In this document: positions 37,590 through 50,430 of the stretch, piece by piece | How positions within the stretch are numbered: the first letter of the stretch is position 1 | How the letters are laid out: each line of letters starts with the position of its first letter | Assembly: GCF_036321535.1 (NCBI RefSeq) | Contig: NC_087436.1 | Coordinates: forward strand, 14,508,001-14,572,000 | Reading direction: 5' to 3' | From: Camelus dromedarius | Lineage: Eukaryota | Length of the DNA stretch: 64,000 bases | Position numbers and translations under genes: made by a program | The notes under the pieces: model-generated | The model's input: only the letters and a program-made list of their open reading frames with translations | What the model was told of the DNA's origin: nothing | Databases searched by the model: none

Positions 37590-38809
37590 CAAAGTATTAA
37601 GGTTTCTTGAGAGTACTGATGGAGAGTAAACAGCTGAAAAATGGGTATTTTTACTTGGGGGGAGGGGAATCTATTAAAGTTAGCAAAAATCTTGTAAGAA
37701 CAGAGAATGGATGGACTCTCCCTAAAATAGATGTTTTAAAAGTGAGTAAGAGTTGAAGTTGAAAAGGGAGGAACAGCCAGTCTTAGGGCATATGATTATT
37801 TTTGAAACTACCAACAAGCTTTTTGTAGGGTATATAGGTCCCTTGAGGTTAAGTTCAGAAGAATATATAGGATTTCACTGTTAAGGAGCTTATAGATAAA
37901 AGGACAGATCTGTTTCACCAAATTCATGTTTTTAAACTTTGCCCTTCATTATCATACTAAGTTTGGTCTTTAACATGACGAAGTAGGGCTAAAAATAGCT
38001 GGCAAAGAAGGCTGCTTCCCCTGCTCCGCAGTTGGTGTGTGTCTTTGTGTCCCATACAATGGAGGGGATATCCCTGTGTTGGCACAGCAGTGCTGAAAAT
38101 ACCTTTTAAAAAATCTTTTTATTAAAAAACAAACAAACAAAAACCAACTTGGCATGAGAAAAAATCCTGACATCTTGGAAGCATGAGACACTGGAAGACT
38201 GATTTTAAAAAATTTAAAACAATTTTTAAATTTCTGTGGTGAAGCCTAGAATTTAGTGTTGATTCAAACAAGAATTAAGGATTGTGAGGTAAGGAATCTA
38301 TATATCCACACTGTTTTGTGTTCGAATTCATTATCTCCCTAGTAGCTTCTTTGACCTCTTCTTAGGAGTGATAATTCAAATGGCAGGACCTTCTGGGGGA
38401 AGAGCTATTTAGACAGGGAGCTAGATCTAAGGTGGTTCTGGAACAGATGCCATATGGGTGCCTTCTCTCCTCACCCTCTATTTTCCACAACATTTTTCAT
38501 GCAGGTGAAGTCATGTTCCAGTGAACCTTGAAGGGCAGCCTTTTTGGATTAATGTAATTTACTAGTAAAGACAGTGGGGAAGGTGGGACTCTGGTAGTTG
38601 GGAGTGGTAACCTCATGCACTTTTCCTTGACAACTTTGGGATTGATGTGGGATGATTAAAGAGCTTTAAGGGTGTGCATTTGTGTTTGTGTGTGTTGACA
38701 CCAGATGACCCCATAGCCCACACCTAGGCTAGCAGCGGCCCAATTCACTTACGTTAGAGATGGTTCTTGGAGAAGTCTTGTGTTGCCTCTGACATCTCAT
38801 TGTGTAGAG

Positions 38810-39026
38810 GAGGGGTTGGCAAACTTCTTTTTGGTGAAGGGCCAGTTAGTAAATATTTTAGATTTTGTAGACCATATGGTCTCTGTCACAGTGATTCAGT
38901 TCTGCTCTAGTAGTGCGAATGCAGCCACAGACAATATGTAAATGAATGAATGACTGTGTTCTAATAAAACCTTATACATAAAAACTGGAGGCAGGTTGGG
39001 TTTGGCTTGTAGTTTATGGACCCCTG
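38810..39026 (+). mobile_element. MER58A-like hAT-Charlie MITE
   Basis: aggggttggcaaact…aagggccagttagtaaatatttta…gcagccacagacaatatgtaaatgaatg…gacccctg, flanked by tgtaga on both sides. Confidence 0.88.
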
Positions 39027-41499
39027 TGTAGACAACTGCCAAGTCCAGCTACTTGCAGTCTGAGCTTCACTACTACAAAGCTGAGACTGCCTATTTTAGG
39101 TGGTCTCTGTTTTCTAAACGAGATGTGTTCCTTGGGATGTGTTCCTGAGATGTCTTAAAATGATTTTGCGTAAAGCATAGAGTCTACTGTTAAACAAGTT
39201 ACTTTTGCCTCCATAGTGATGAAAACTATGGACTGAAGAGCAGGGGCAATGCCATCTATGAAGGGATGCGGCCAAAAAGCAGGGACTGCTTGCATTTCTT
39301 ATTCAAAGATACCATACCATGTAAGATACTGTATAGTGGTATAATAGCTGTGCATCACGGCCAAAAGTATCTTTGAGTATCTTTGAAGAAACTTCTGGGT
39401 ATAATTTTGAAAAGTTCTGCAAATAAGTTGTAAAGCATTTGCTTTAGATGTAAATTAGAAGTATTTATGGTTTGTTTCAATCAGGTAAAAATATTTGTCA
39501 AACTGTAAGAACACTAAGGGTTTATACTTCGGTTTCTTCAAGTCTTGATCTTTTGTAGTGACTAACTCAGTGTGTGGAATTATTGCTCCACCATTTTGGT
39601 TTTGTTAATTTCAAGTATTATTTCTGAACAGATCACTTAAGTTATTTAAATGTGTACATTAAAAAGCTTTGCTGTGTTCTTAGAGGTAAATGTAACATGG
39701 GTTAATGTATTTCTTAAGTGAATCTGCCTCAAATGTGTGGTTTAGAAAGGATAATTCAGTTTTATGTGCAATTTTACATCATAGCTAATACCGAAACATT
39801 TGTTTCATGTGTCAACAGATAGCTACGTTGGATGATGGTGCATTTTAACCTGGTTTCATAAATCTTATTTACCTCAGGGTTCCCCTATTTCTGTCAGGGG
39901 AAAGGGTTACTTTTCCAATAGTGACACTTTTTAGTTTCAAACCTGCTTTTACTTTACATAGTATTTCTATACATATAATTGATACTTCAATTCCTCTTCC
40001 TTTAAAAAAGGTATCTGACAATTTTAGTATACCTTTGAGAAAGAAGGTCACTGTAAAGTTACTTTTTTATTCATTAGGAGAGGATTCTTTTCCATGCTCT
40101 TTTAAAAAATCTTTTATTTTTTGCCTTTTCAGGTAATTTGTCATTCTCAGGCTTAAGGATGGGTGGCAATTTAAAAGACGCAAGGTATTCCTCTCATATC
40201 TGCAAATATTCCAAATAAAATTATTCTATATTGGTGACACTTTCAGTGGATCAGGGAAAAGAGTGGTGTATTACTTTTTTTTCTTTTTAGTGTAACTGAA
40301 TTGTCATTACAAACAAATGAGTAAAGTTGTTTCCAAATAATGAACTCTTGCTGTTAAACCTTTCTACTTTGAGACTTTTTCCCACTAAGTATAAAACCAG
40401 TCTGTCTTATGCCTTAATGTAGTTGTAGATTTTCGCTTTCTCATGATACCTCATTGGTACTTTCTCATGATCCCTTTCACAGTGTGTTTAAAGTGTATTT
40501 TCTAAATCAATGTGACCTTTCCTGAACACTATGGGATATATATTTTCTAATAATTATACTTTTACACACAAGTATATTTAAAATTTCCTCCTATTCTACC
40601 TTCAGAATTGTGAAATATTTGAGGGAACATCTGTACTTGATCTGGATGTTGAGTGACAAACCAATGTATGACGGTTTTTCTAAAATGTTCCCTTAAAAAG
40701 TTTTGAGTAACAATTGATTTCTCTAAAACTGTAAGCTAATACAAGAAAATACAAGAGCCTATGTTTGTGTCGTATTACTCTGCAGTGCAGGTATTTGAGA
40801 AATAATAAAAATGCGCAAGAGACCTTATTGCTTGAGTATCTTATCTTTTGCTTTTTCCCCATCACCTGAGGGATAGCTGGTAGATCAGTCAGATACTGTG
40901 AAGTTTCTGTTGCTTTGTGGTGTTGCCTCTGCCCTTTTTTTCTTTTTTTTTTTTTTTTGTTCCCAGCTGAAGGTTTGCTACTGGAGATCTGGGTGACTTT
41001 AGGCAGGAGGCAGCATGTGCTGTGCTTGTGTCTGTGGGTACATGTATCTTGCTGGATGTTCCTTTCTGCATGACTGCTGTGAAATTTAGGAAATATTAAA
41101 AGATATGGTGTAAAATATTTTCGTGTCACTTAGCCTTTCCTCTGAGCGAATCACCTTAGGATAAGACACCGAACCCATCAGTATGTTGGGCCAAATGTGA
41201 AATGTCAAGACAAATTGCTGGTTTGTTTTTGGAAGAATGTATATATCTTATGAGACTTTTAGGATGGCATGCTTTTCAGATCAGTTAAAGGGTCTAATAA
41301 TAGACCTTTGCATGACATCCTCTAGGTCTGAGAAGGACTTGCCTTACTAATAATAGTGGGTAATTTGTAACTATCTCATTGTTGAAAGTGTTATGCATAC
41401 CTGGAGCCAGCAACATGTTGCTAGTTCATTTCTCATTTCCCTTATAAAATACATTCAATTCTATGGAGGCAAAAGATCCATTAGTTAGGCAGAGTACCT

Positions 41500-41670
41500 T
41501 TTTAGCTGTGTGGCCTGGGACAAGCTACTTTTCCTTTTACTATCAGCCTCATCAGCTGTCTGTGGAAAACTATGTCCTTAACAGGGCTGTTGTTAGGATT
41601 AAATGAGATAATATAAAGTCTATGCAAAGCTTGTCCAGTGCCTGGCATATGGTAATGTGACCCATCACTG
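41500..41670 (+). mobile_element. MIR fragment
   Basis: agctgtgtggcctgggacaag…gggctgttgttaggattaaatgagataat…cagtgcctggcatatggtaa. Confidence 0.75.
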
Positions 41671-43544
41671 TTAACTTGAGTTAAAGATCTTCTAAAGTGT
41701 GACATAGACAGAAGGCTAAAGTCAGGCTTCATATTGCCCAACACTTAAATTCAGCCCTTGAGTTTGACAAATAAAATTGAAATAATTCTGCAATGTTTTC
41801 AAAAGCATCTGAACCAGTGTATGATTCATTAACATTTTATTTAAAAAAATCTTAAAAAGTAGAGAAATGGCAGAACTGCCATTATTTACAGCTCTGTTCG
41901 TTTAAACAGAGCTGAAATTTGAATTCATCTCCAAAGACCTCATCTGAAAGGACTCTTTTTGACTAATTCATTGATTATCTCTGAAAGTGACTGTTGTTTA
42001 AATTGTCCATATAGAAATATCAGGATGTAGTTGGGTTATCAAGTCTTTTAATGTCAATTGCTTTAATGCTTGGGAATAAAAAGCTTTAAAAAAATCATGA
42101 AGAAGTTTAGTAAATTTAATTCATGTCATTACATCTCAAATTAAGATTGAAGGAATTTTATTGAGGTGATATTGTTTTAACTGAATTTTGGTTTTCTCGT
42201 TTTCCTAAAATGATGGGAGGGAGAAGGGGAGGGTGGTGGATGTTCCCTTTTCATGCTTAATATTTATTAAATACAGGATCAATTTTCAGAAATAACCTTT
42301 CCTTCAGGCTTGGCATCATCAGTGTTCTGTTGGCCAATTCAAGAAATAAATGCTTCTTGATTGTTTTTTGTATTTGGAAAATATTTCTATTTTGAGAACA
42401 ATTTGGCTTTGCCTTCATAGTCTGTTTATTTAACAGAATTGTATATTTAAGATAAGTGTATGAAAGAAATCCAAAGGCAGAAAGAAAAGATTGAGATTGT
42501 TTCTTAGTACTGTTTATCTTGCCAACTCTTGTCCTCATTCTCTAATTTCTTTTAAGACACGTTTGCTTTAGATTTTGATGTAAATGTGGAAATTAGATTA
42601 GCTTATTAGTGGATCTCTAAGTAGTTAATTTAATGAATATCCTAGTTTTTAAGCAAATTCAGTATTTTAAATATTTTTCTTTGTTGGTAGCGATTGGAGT
42701 CATGCTTCAGGGGTTATGCTTCTTTTCATTTTAGAAATTTTCAAAAAGAACTTTACAGTCATGAATGGGTTACTAGCCTGATGGGAGAAGAGCATAGGTT
42801 CTCTAGTCAGTTTAAATTTCTTCCAGCTTTTTTTATTATGTATGTAATACCGGAAGGCTATATAGATAAATATGTGGGACATCGTTTTCTTTTGCATGAT
42901 TGGTGGTCTCTTTATTGACTGCTGTGTGAATTTGATAATGTCACCTTTGGGATGCTGCTGTAATGAATGGGGAACTTTTTTGTACCTATTACAGAGGTAG
43001 ACTTTTTTTGTTAGAGAAATATTAAAATTCTAACTTACTAGATGAAGAATTTAGAGCAGGAAACACAAAATGTCAGAATTTTTGAAAGAGCATTTAGTAG
43101 GAGAGGAGAGAAGGGTTGTACAGAGGTGGGGAGAGACACACAGGGCACTGGAGAGAGGGAAGAGGCAGATACGGGGAGAAGGGCTCAGGAAGTTTTGAGG
43201 TCAGCCTTAGTCAGAGGTCACACCCTGTTATTTCTTTGGGTTGTGCACCTGGGGTGTTACCAGTTGTTGTCTACCACCCTTTGAAATGTTGATTAGATGA
43301 TTGACTCTAGTTCCTAGTTTTCAACATCTGGATTCTTTAAACTATTGAAGTTGTACTCGCTATGGGATAGTCAGTGTATCCCGGGCTGGGAAGATTTCCA
43401 CAGTACCTGCTAGGAGAGGGGTCAGATCAATGGTTTTTGACTACATTGGAGTTTCCTTTTGATTTCGTTTTGTTGTCTTCTTTCCTCGTTGGCCACTTTT
43501 CCCTAACTTTGCCTAAGAAGGATACTTGTAGTTCTGTGTATATG

Positions 43545-43770
43545 ACATAGTAGTTGAGAGGCAAGGCTTGGAGTTGATAGACCCAGTTTCCAGCTGTGCT
43601 GCTTTGTGACCTTGGGCAAGTTATTTATTCTGTGTGTGAACCTGTAAAACTGGGATGATAATAATAGTACCTACCTCTCTTATAGGGTAGTTAAGAGGAT
43701 TGAGATAATGGATCACAGTGTCTGGCTCAGAGTTAGTGCTCAATAAATGTTAGTTGTTGCAATAATAATA
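43545..43770 (+). mobile_element. MIR
   Basis: tgtgaccttgggcaagttattt…ctgtaaaactgggatgataataatagtacctacctc…gtgctcaataaatgttag. Confidence 0.85.
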
Positions 43771-44914
43771 AATAGTACAATACTATTGTTATTTCTGTGT
43801 GGTTGCTGGTTTTTTTATTTTTTAAATGCTGAACACATTTGTACCTTTGTTTCTGAATGTGTTAACTGTTTTGAAAACTGCCTTTACTCAGCAACAACTG
43901 AACACCTACTGTGCCAGGCATTGATCTAAGTGAACAGAACATAAAAATCCCTGCCCTCTTAAAACTTACATTCATTCTGGCTGGGGGAGACAAAATACCT
44001 AAAGCCAAGTAGATGACCCACTGCTCATCTTATGAAATTTGGTATTTGACTCCATATGTCTAAGCCTCCATTAACCAGCCTAGTAAGCTTTCACCTTTAG
44101 ATCTTTTGTGTTCGTTCCTGTAGTTATGCTTGACAGTGTTTGTGGCAGGAGTGCCTTAAAAACACAGAGCTAGTCTCATGGTCTCCAGCCACTGCTCCAT
44201 CTTAATTTTAAGGCACGTATTACTCCTCATTATTTCCTGGACTTACTGCTTACGTTGGCTGTCACAAAACTTTCCTTTCAGTCCCCATGCTTCTGTTTCA
44301 TGTTGTTTTCAGATGTGTTGCTCCTCCCCAGCTTATCACTTTTGCTCATTTGTTTCCTTTCCTAAGAGGCAATAGTAGCAACTTCTTTTAAGAAGTATTC
44401 CCTCTCTAATCTAACTGTATTCTTTCTTTCTGCTGTGTTGTATTTCTCACCCTCTGTGTGTTGTTAACTGAAATATTTAACTTACTTATTCTCTGTCTTT
44501 AAAAAATATATATTTTTCTTGTCTCTTCAATTAAATTGTAAGCCTTCTTAGGTCAGGGATTACCTTCTATTCTGAGCCTTAGCTTCCTCACTTGAAAAAA
44601 AAGGTAATACCTACCTCACAAGGATGTTCTGAGATTTCAGAAAGATAATGTGTGGAAAAAGTCCTGAGCCAAATCCTTAATAAATGTAGTTTTCTTTTCT
44701 TTGAACCACTCTAATTCCTAAAGTTGGTACTGGGCATACATACAGTCAGTGTTTAAAAATACTTGTTAATTTATCCTGAATTGAGGTTGGGAGTCTTTTA
44801 ATTTAACTTCCTCTTATGTGGATAATTTTAGTTTTTACTTCCAGATAAGATTCAAAATATTACTTTTCAAGTATCAGATGAAAAAGGCTGAGGCATTAAT
44901 AAGAGACAACAGAA

Positions 44915-45128
44915 CAGTGATTAGAGCAGGGACTGAAGCCCCATTGTGTGGGTTCAGTACAGGCTGCCACACTTGTTGGTTATGTGACTTTTGGCAAGTT
45001 GTTTAACTCGTTTGGCCTCAGTTTCTTTATTTGTTAAGGTGGGGAAAATAATAACTATCTCATGGATACTGTATTGTTAGATTAAATGAGATAATAAATG
45101 AGAAGCACAGAACATTGCCTGGCACACA
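44915..45128 (+). mobile_element. MIR
   Basis: tgtgacttttggcaagttgtttaactc…cctcagtttctttatttgt…gattaaatgagataat…tgcctggcacacag. Confidence 0.8.
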
Positions 45129-45297
45129 GCAGTGGCTCCAGGGAACATTTGGAAACATCCGGAGATGTTTTTGATGGTCACAGCCAGGGGAGAGGTATGT
45201 GTGAGGGTGCTGCTGGTATCTAGTGGATAGAGGCCGGGTGTAAACCTTGCACAGGACAGCGCCCCACTATGAAGTGTCATCTGGTTGAGAAACCTTG
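45129..45297 (+). mobile_element. MER20-like hAT element
   Basis: ccagggaacatttggaaacatccggagatgtttttgatggtcacagc…tgctgctggtatctagtggatagaggcc…gcacaggacagcgcccc…ggttgagaaaccttg. Confidence 0.85.
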
Positions 45298-46235
45298 CTC
45301 CACCATTAGGCTCTCTGTTTCTCATTTGATTACTTCCTTTGTAGTATAAGGTACTTTGCCAGTTAGATTCTGTATAAATACTGATTATTGATAAAGTAAG
45401 TCATAGACATGGATAAGCCTTCTTTAACATTCAATTTAAAAGACAGACACAAAGGAAAATTAACAGATTTCATGATTTGTTTTAGATGCTAGGGCAAGTA
45501 CTGAAAAAGTAAAAGTATTTATACTTATTCAGTAGCTAGGAAGGATTTCTAGATAGATTTTACTGATCTTTAATTTTTAATTTTTTCAAATTTTTTTATT
45601 TTTTATTTTTTATTTACCCCACCCACCTGACTTAATTTTTTAAAATGGCAAACTGTTTATGTGAAAGTATATCAAGAGTTAGGGGGCTTATGAAATGTGA
45701 GTGCCATAATATGTAAATATTCATAAAGTCAAATATACACTAAGGGAAAAAGCAAGTATTAATGTTAATGGAATGATAATTGGGAGAAACCTTGCATCAT
45801 GTCTGATTTCCCTCTCTTCCTTCATGTTTTATTACCCACTAAGTAATAACTTTTTTTTTTCCCTACTGTTTAAAATTGAACCCTGTCCATTTCAGGAGTT
45901 TCTAAATTGATTTCTTTGCTACTGTCCTTTATATTCTTACCTGAATTGATACTTTGCTTAAGGGAGAGCCTTTCCTAGTCCAGGTTCAATCTAGCATTCA
46001 AACCTCCTTGCACTATCCCTTTATTTTGGGGAAAGGTGTAAGTGCCAAGGCTCTAAGGCTGGAATTGGAATGAACCAGCTTTTCTCTTATGTATAGTGTT
46101 AGTTTCCAATTCTTTGGGAGAATTGAAAAAGTAGTCAGTTACGTCATTTTCTGTGTTCTAGTTCAGATGACTATCTTTGCTTGTATCTAAAGACTGACTA
46201 TATATCCATTTGATGTAACATGTATATATTTGATG

Positions 46236-46240
<5 letters not shown>

Positions 46241-46270
<30 letters not shown>
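46241..46270. repeat. (TG)15 microsatellite
   Basis: Directly visible. Confidence 0.97.
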
Positions 46271-46274
<4 letters not shown>

Positions 46275-47329
46275 CTTTCAGGTACGTGTATGTGTCTGTA
46301 CCTTGCTGTTTCCTCTGCCTGGAGTACTCTTTTTCCTTTCATCTGTGAAACATTTATCTCTTAAGACTGTAGTTAAATGTCATCTCCTTTAGGAAGCCTG
46401 TCCTGGTTAATGTGAGTTGTTTTTTCTTCTGGCTACCCACGGTATCTATGTGGGTTTTATAGCACTTAACATAGGTATTTGTATTTTTCTCTGCTACTGG
46501 TCTGTCAGTTCTTTGAGGACAAAGTTTCTACCTTATTTATCTTTTCAGTAAATATCTCCTCCCCCAAATGCCTAACATTTGCTGCCACATAGTGGCTTAT
46601 AGTAAGTTAACAAATGAACGGAAGAGAAAGAAAAGAAAAAATTGGGAAGATTTTCTAATAGGTTCTATAAGAGGAGAATTATGATCTTGTCACTTTTGTG
46701 TCCAAGTGCTTAGTGTAGTGCCTGTCCATGGGTGTTCAAGAAATATTTATTGAATGAATTAGAAGCCAGTCGCCAAAGTTGATAGAGATTTCATGTGAAC
46801 TTTTTTCTTCATTTCTGGAAAGCATAAAACAGCCTATTCATTTGGCACATGCGATGCATTAAATTGACCTTCTTTTTCTTGACTCAGGAATGAGACTTGA
46901 TCCAACAGGTACTTCCTGAAAGATGCTTTTGGTTGATTTCTTGTTCACCTAAGTGTCCATTCTCATGTTGAGCTTGTTGGAAAGATGAATGTGTGGTATC
47001 AGTCTACGTCATGGATGAACTATCATTAAGTACAAGTGTTGATAAGGCCTCTGATCTCCTCTGCATTTGGGCCCAAGCAGAGTGAGTATATATTTACTCT
47101 CAAATATGGATAATGACTGAGGCTGTTGAAGCAGGAGACGAGGGTGGCAAAGTTGCCTATTAGGTCTCTTTTTCTTTTGTTGATGATTGATTTTTTTTTA
47201 ACCTCAGAGCTGCCCCCAATTATTTATAAAGAATTAGCTAGGAGAGGGCTGTGAATCTAGAGGGTAAAAATACAGATTTGATAGTTTGATAAATTAGTAA
47301 GTTGACAATCATTTGTTTTGATTATCATT

Positions 47330-47560
47330 GTTACCACTTACTGAATGTTTGCTATACATCAGGTACTGTGCTAAGGATATTTACATACATTATTCCTCAC
47401 AGCAGTTCCTATGAAAGAGGTACTAATAAGCCTGTTTTATGGCAGAAGAAACAGATTCAGAGAATTTTCTAAGATTGCATAGCTAGGAATTTGAACTCAC
47501 AGAACTGGGATTCAAATCCAGATTCATCTGACTTTGGTTATGCTTTTAATCACCATGCTG
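47330..47560 (-). mobile_element. MIR
   Basis: acttactgaatgtttgctat…aggtactgtgctaagg…gggattcaaatccaga…cttttaatcacca. Confidence 0.75.
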
Positions 47561-47590
47561 CTGCCTCTTAAGTTTCAGTGAAGGAGTTTT

Positions 47591-47741
47591 TGGGTTTTTT
47601 TGAAATTTGTGTTTTTATTTATTTATTTTTGGGAGAGGGTAATTAAGTTTGTTTGTTTGTTACTTAATGGAGGTACTGGGGATTGAATCCAAGACCTTGT
47701 GCATGTTAAGCACACACTATCACTGTGCTATACCCTCCCCC
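47591..47741 (-). mobile_element. tRNA-derived SINE (Vic-1-like) with TSD
   Basis: ggaggtactggggattgaatccaagaccttgtgcatgttaagc…ctataccctcccc. TSD TTCAGTGAAGGAGTTTT (47574-47590) / TTCCGTGGAGGAGTTTT (47742-47758). Confidence 0.93.
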
Positions 47742-49219
47742 TTCCGTGGAGGAGTTTTGTATTGAAAATTCTGGTGCTGAAATAGTAGGGGAAAATAATA
47801 GGATTTCATTCTATACAGATGTTAGAAGGAAGAAGATTAACAGGTTCATGGAGAAGCAGTTCCCAGGTTTATGTCCTTATACAAAATAATTATGAAATTT
47901 AAACCTGTAATTTAACTAACTTGCACTAACCTGCATTTTTATTAAATTTAGTCTTGCCCTTGGTACTACCATCAGGACAGGTGTCCCAGATACATCTTTA
48001 GCAGTAAAAGAAATCTATCTAGGTAAAATCTAAAACATCATGGAGCAAGGTGATTTTTTATAAATAATTTTTTTCTATGTGTAAAATGTGTTTTGTAGTT
48101 AGAGTTAAATCTTTTGAAAGAGATTCTTGTTTAGGGTATGAGCCTCAGAATTACATTGTTTAGATTTGAAAAGGTATGATTTGACATGCTGGGAAGGTAT
48201 AGCAGAAAGTTTTGGAAGCAACACTTTTTAGTCTCTAAGATATAAGTTAAGTCAGTGGGTATCTGCAGAGTGTTTTTCTTATATGATTTTTTAAACTATT
48301 TTTGTTTGCTGAGATGGTGTTTGTCATTTGAAAAAAAATTCCTTTCTCCTTCCTTCCCATACTTTTTACAGGACTGTTTCTTACTCAATTAGTTTATTTA
48401 TAGGTGTTTTACATTTAATAAATATAGTGAGAACATAGTTTAGACATCTGTGCACTGTTATTTTTATTTGTTCCTTAAGAGATTTAAATAGTTTTAAATT
48501 TTATTTTGTTACCTTCAAAAGAGCTAAACCTGGATATTGGTCTTTGAAAATGTTCCTAGAAGATTTTCTTTTTCCTCTTGGTTGTGTTTTAAATACTGTA
48601 TTTGTAACCCTAGTTTTATACATTTGAACTTTGCTCCTTCCAGAATTATAATTCAGTGCTAAAGCTACATGCAAACACTAAGAGCACTGTGCTGAATGAT
48701 GTTCTAGTAAATTTTAAAAATGCCTAAATGAAATGAATTCTGGTAAATAAGAATTCAGGGTTGGGGTACAGGGAGTCTAATAATTATGTCAAGACTTTAG
48801 GATTCTAAGTCTTAGGCTCCTTACTGTTCTTTCACATTATCTACCACAGGTTGCCTTTCTTTTCTTTTTTTCTCTCTCCAGGCAAACAGGTTTTATTTCT
48901 ACCCTGTAAGCTTGCATACTTATAAAAAACATAGTTTTGTAAGAAGTCTAAGGTTTTACAAGGTTTATAAATAATCCTGCAAACATACATAGTAGATAAT
49001 CAATTAAGTGTGCAGTACCTTGAATTACATCAGCTGTAAATCATGTAATTATTTATAATTGGTCATAGGTGCACTTATTTCTAGGCATGAAGGTTAGGTT
49101 TCATTATTTTAGTGTCCTATTTCCAATATTCATATATTTTCATTCTTGACCAGGCAGAATTACATTCAAACTAGTGATGAAGAACTCAGTATAAATGTAC
49201 TATGCCAGAACCATTATTC

Positions 49220-49397
49220 TGGTAGTTCCCACACTTTAGCAAGCATCAGGATCACCTGGAGGGCTTGTTGAACCATAGATGCTGGTCCCCAAACCTAGTA
49301 TTTGATTCAGTAGATCTGGGGTGAGACCCAGGAGCGTATTTCTTACACATTCACAAGTGATACTGTTGACTGAGGGACCAAACTTTGAGAACCAATG
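49220..49397 (+). mobile_element. MER5A
   Basis: gcatcaggatcacctggagggcttgttgaa…tgattcagtagatctggggtg…gggaccaaactttgagaacca. Confidence 0.88.
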
Positions 49398-50189
49398 TGC
49401 TGTACTAATGAGGTGATACCAAACCGTTTATTTCAGAAGTTCAAGTACTTGCATTAAGGCCTTAACTTGTAACCTTAATTAGCAATACCCAGTCTTAGAC
49501 ATCAGTTTTTCATGTTGCATTTGTTAACTTCTTGACTTGTACCATTTTGGGGTTATAAAGCAACATTAGCTTTAAAGCAACATTTATTTGGATTTGAATA
49601 TTGCCTCCTAGTATCTGATTTGCATAAAAATATATTTCTGAAAGACTTCTATGGTCTAAATAATGCTATTTTCTCCTTAAAAGATCTTGAAAAATAGTGT
49701 TGCACCTGCTGTAAAAAGACTGAATAGCATCCAGGAGCCTTATAGGCACAGAAAAGGAAGAAAAAGGAAGAAAAAAAGCTTGAAATATTATCCATCCCAT
49801 GGAAAAGAAACCTCAACTATATTGGCCAAATGCACTGTGTCTTCTGGGATTGTGCATTTTTAACAAGCATCTGGGGGATGTGGAATTGGTGATCCTTAAA
49901 ACTGTATTTTGCATAGCAAAGCCCTAGAATGTCAGTTTTTAATGTTTCCATATAAGTTTCAATTTTTTTTTTCTAACAGAGAAGCAGATACAGTACTTGA
50001 ATCCATAAATATTTCACTAAGGTAAAAAATACAGTAACAAATTTTAACCACACCCTGGCAAATTCATACAATTAAATAAAAGTAAAAGCCACCCCGGGGG
50101 ACAGTCCAGCAGTATCCTCTGCAAATACACAGGTTGACTTTCTTAGAAGTGAATGTTAATATGATACTATTATAGAAACAATATTGATA

Positions 50190-50430
50190 TCAACATGTGA
50201 GTGCTTAATATATGCCAGACACTCTTCTGTGTCTTTTGAATGTCTTAACTCATTCAGTCCTCACTGTAGCCCTCTGAGGTAAGCATTGTTAATGCCCCTG
50301 TTTTATAGTTGAAAATTTGGCATAGAGGAGTTAAACATGCTCGAGATCTCACCTTTTCTTAGTAATGGACCTGGGATTGTATCCAGGCAGTCTGGTTCTG
50401 TAGCCTGAGATCCTAGTCACTATTCTATAC
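50190..50430 (-). mobile_element. MIR
   Basis: tgagtgcttaatatatgccagacact…ttaactcattcagtcctcac…ccaggcagtctggttc. Confidence 0.75.

Noticed and set aside
40436..40475. 16-bp direct repeat CTTTCTCATGAT(A/C)CCT
   Set aside because: A small slippage-type duplication with no further structure.
36191..41129. Intronic ORFs of 160 aa (36191-36673) and 149 aa (40680-41129)
   Set aside because: Non-ATG starts and low-complexity Phe/Leu or Lys runs arising from T/A tracts.
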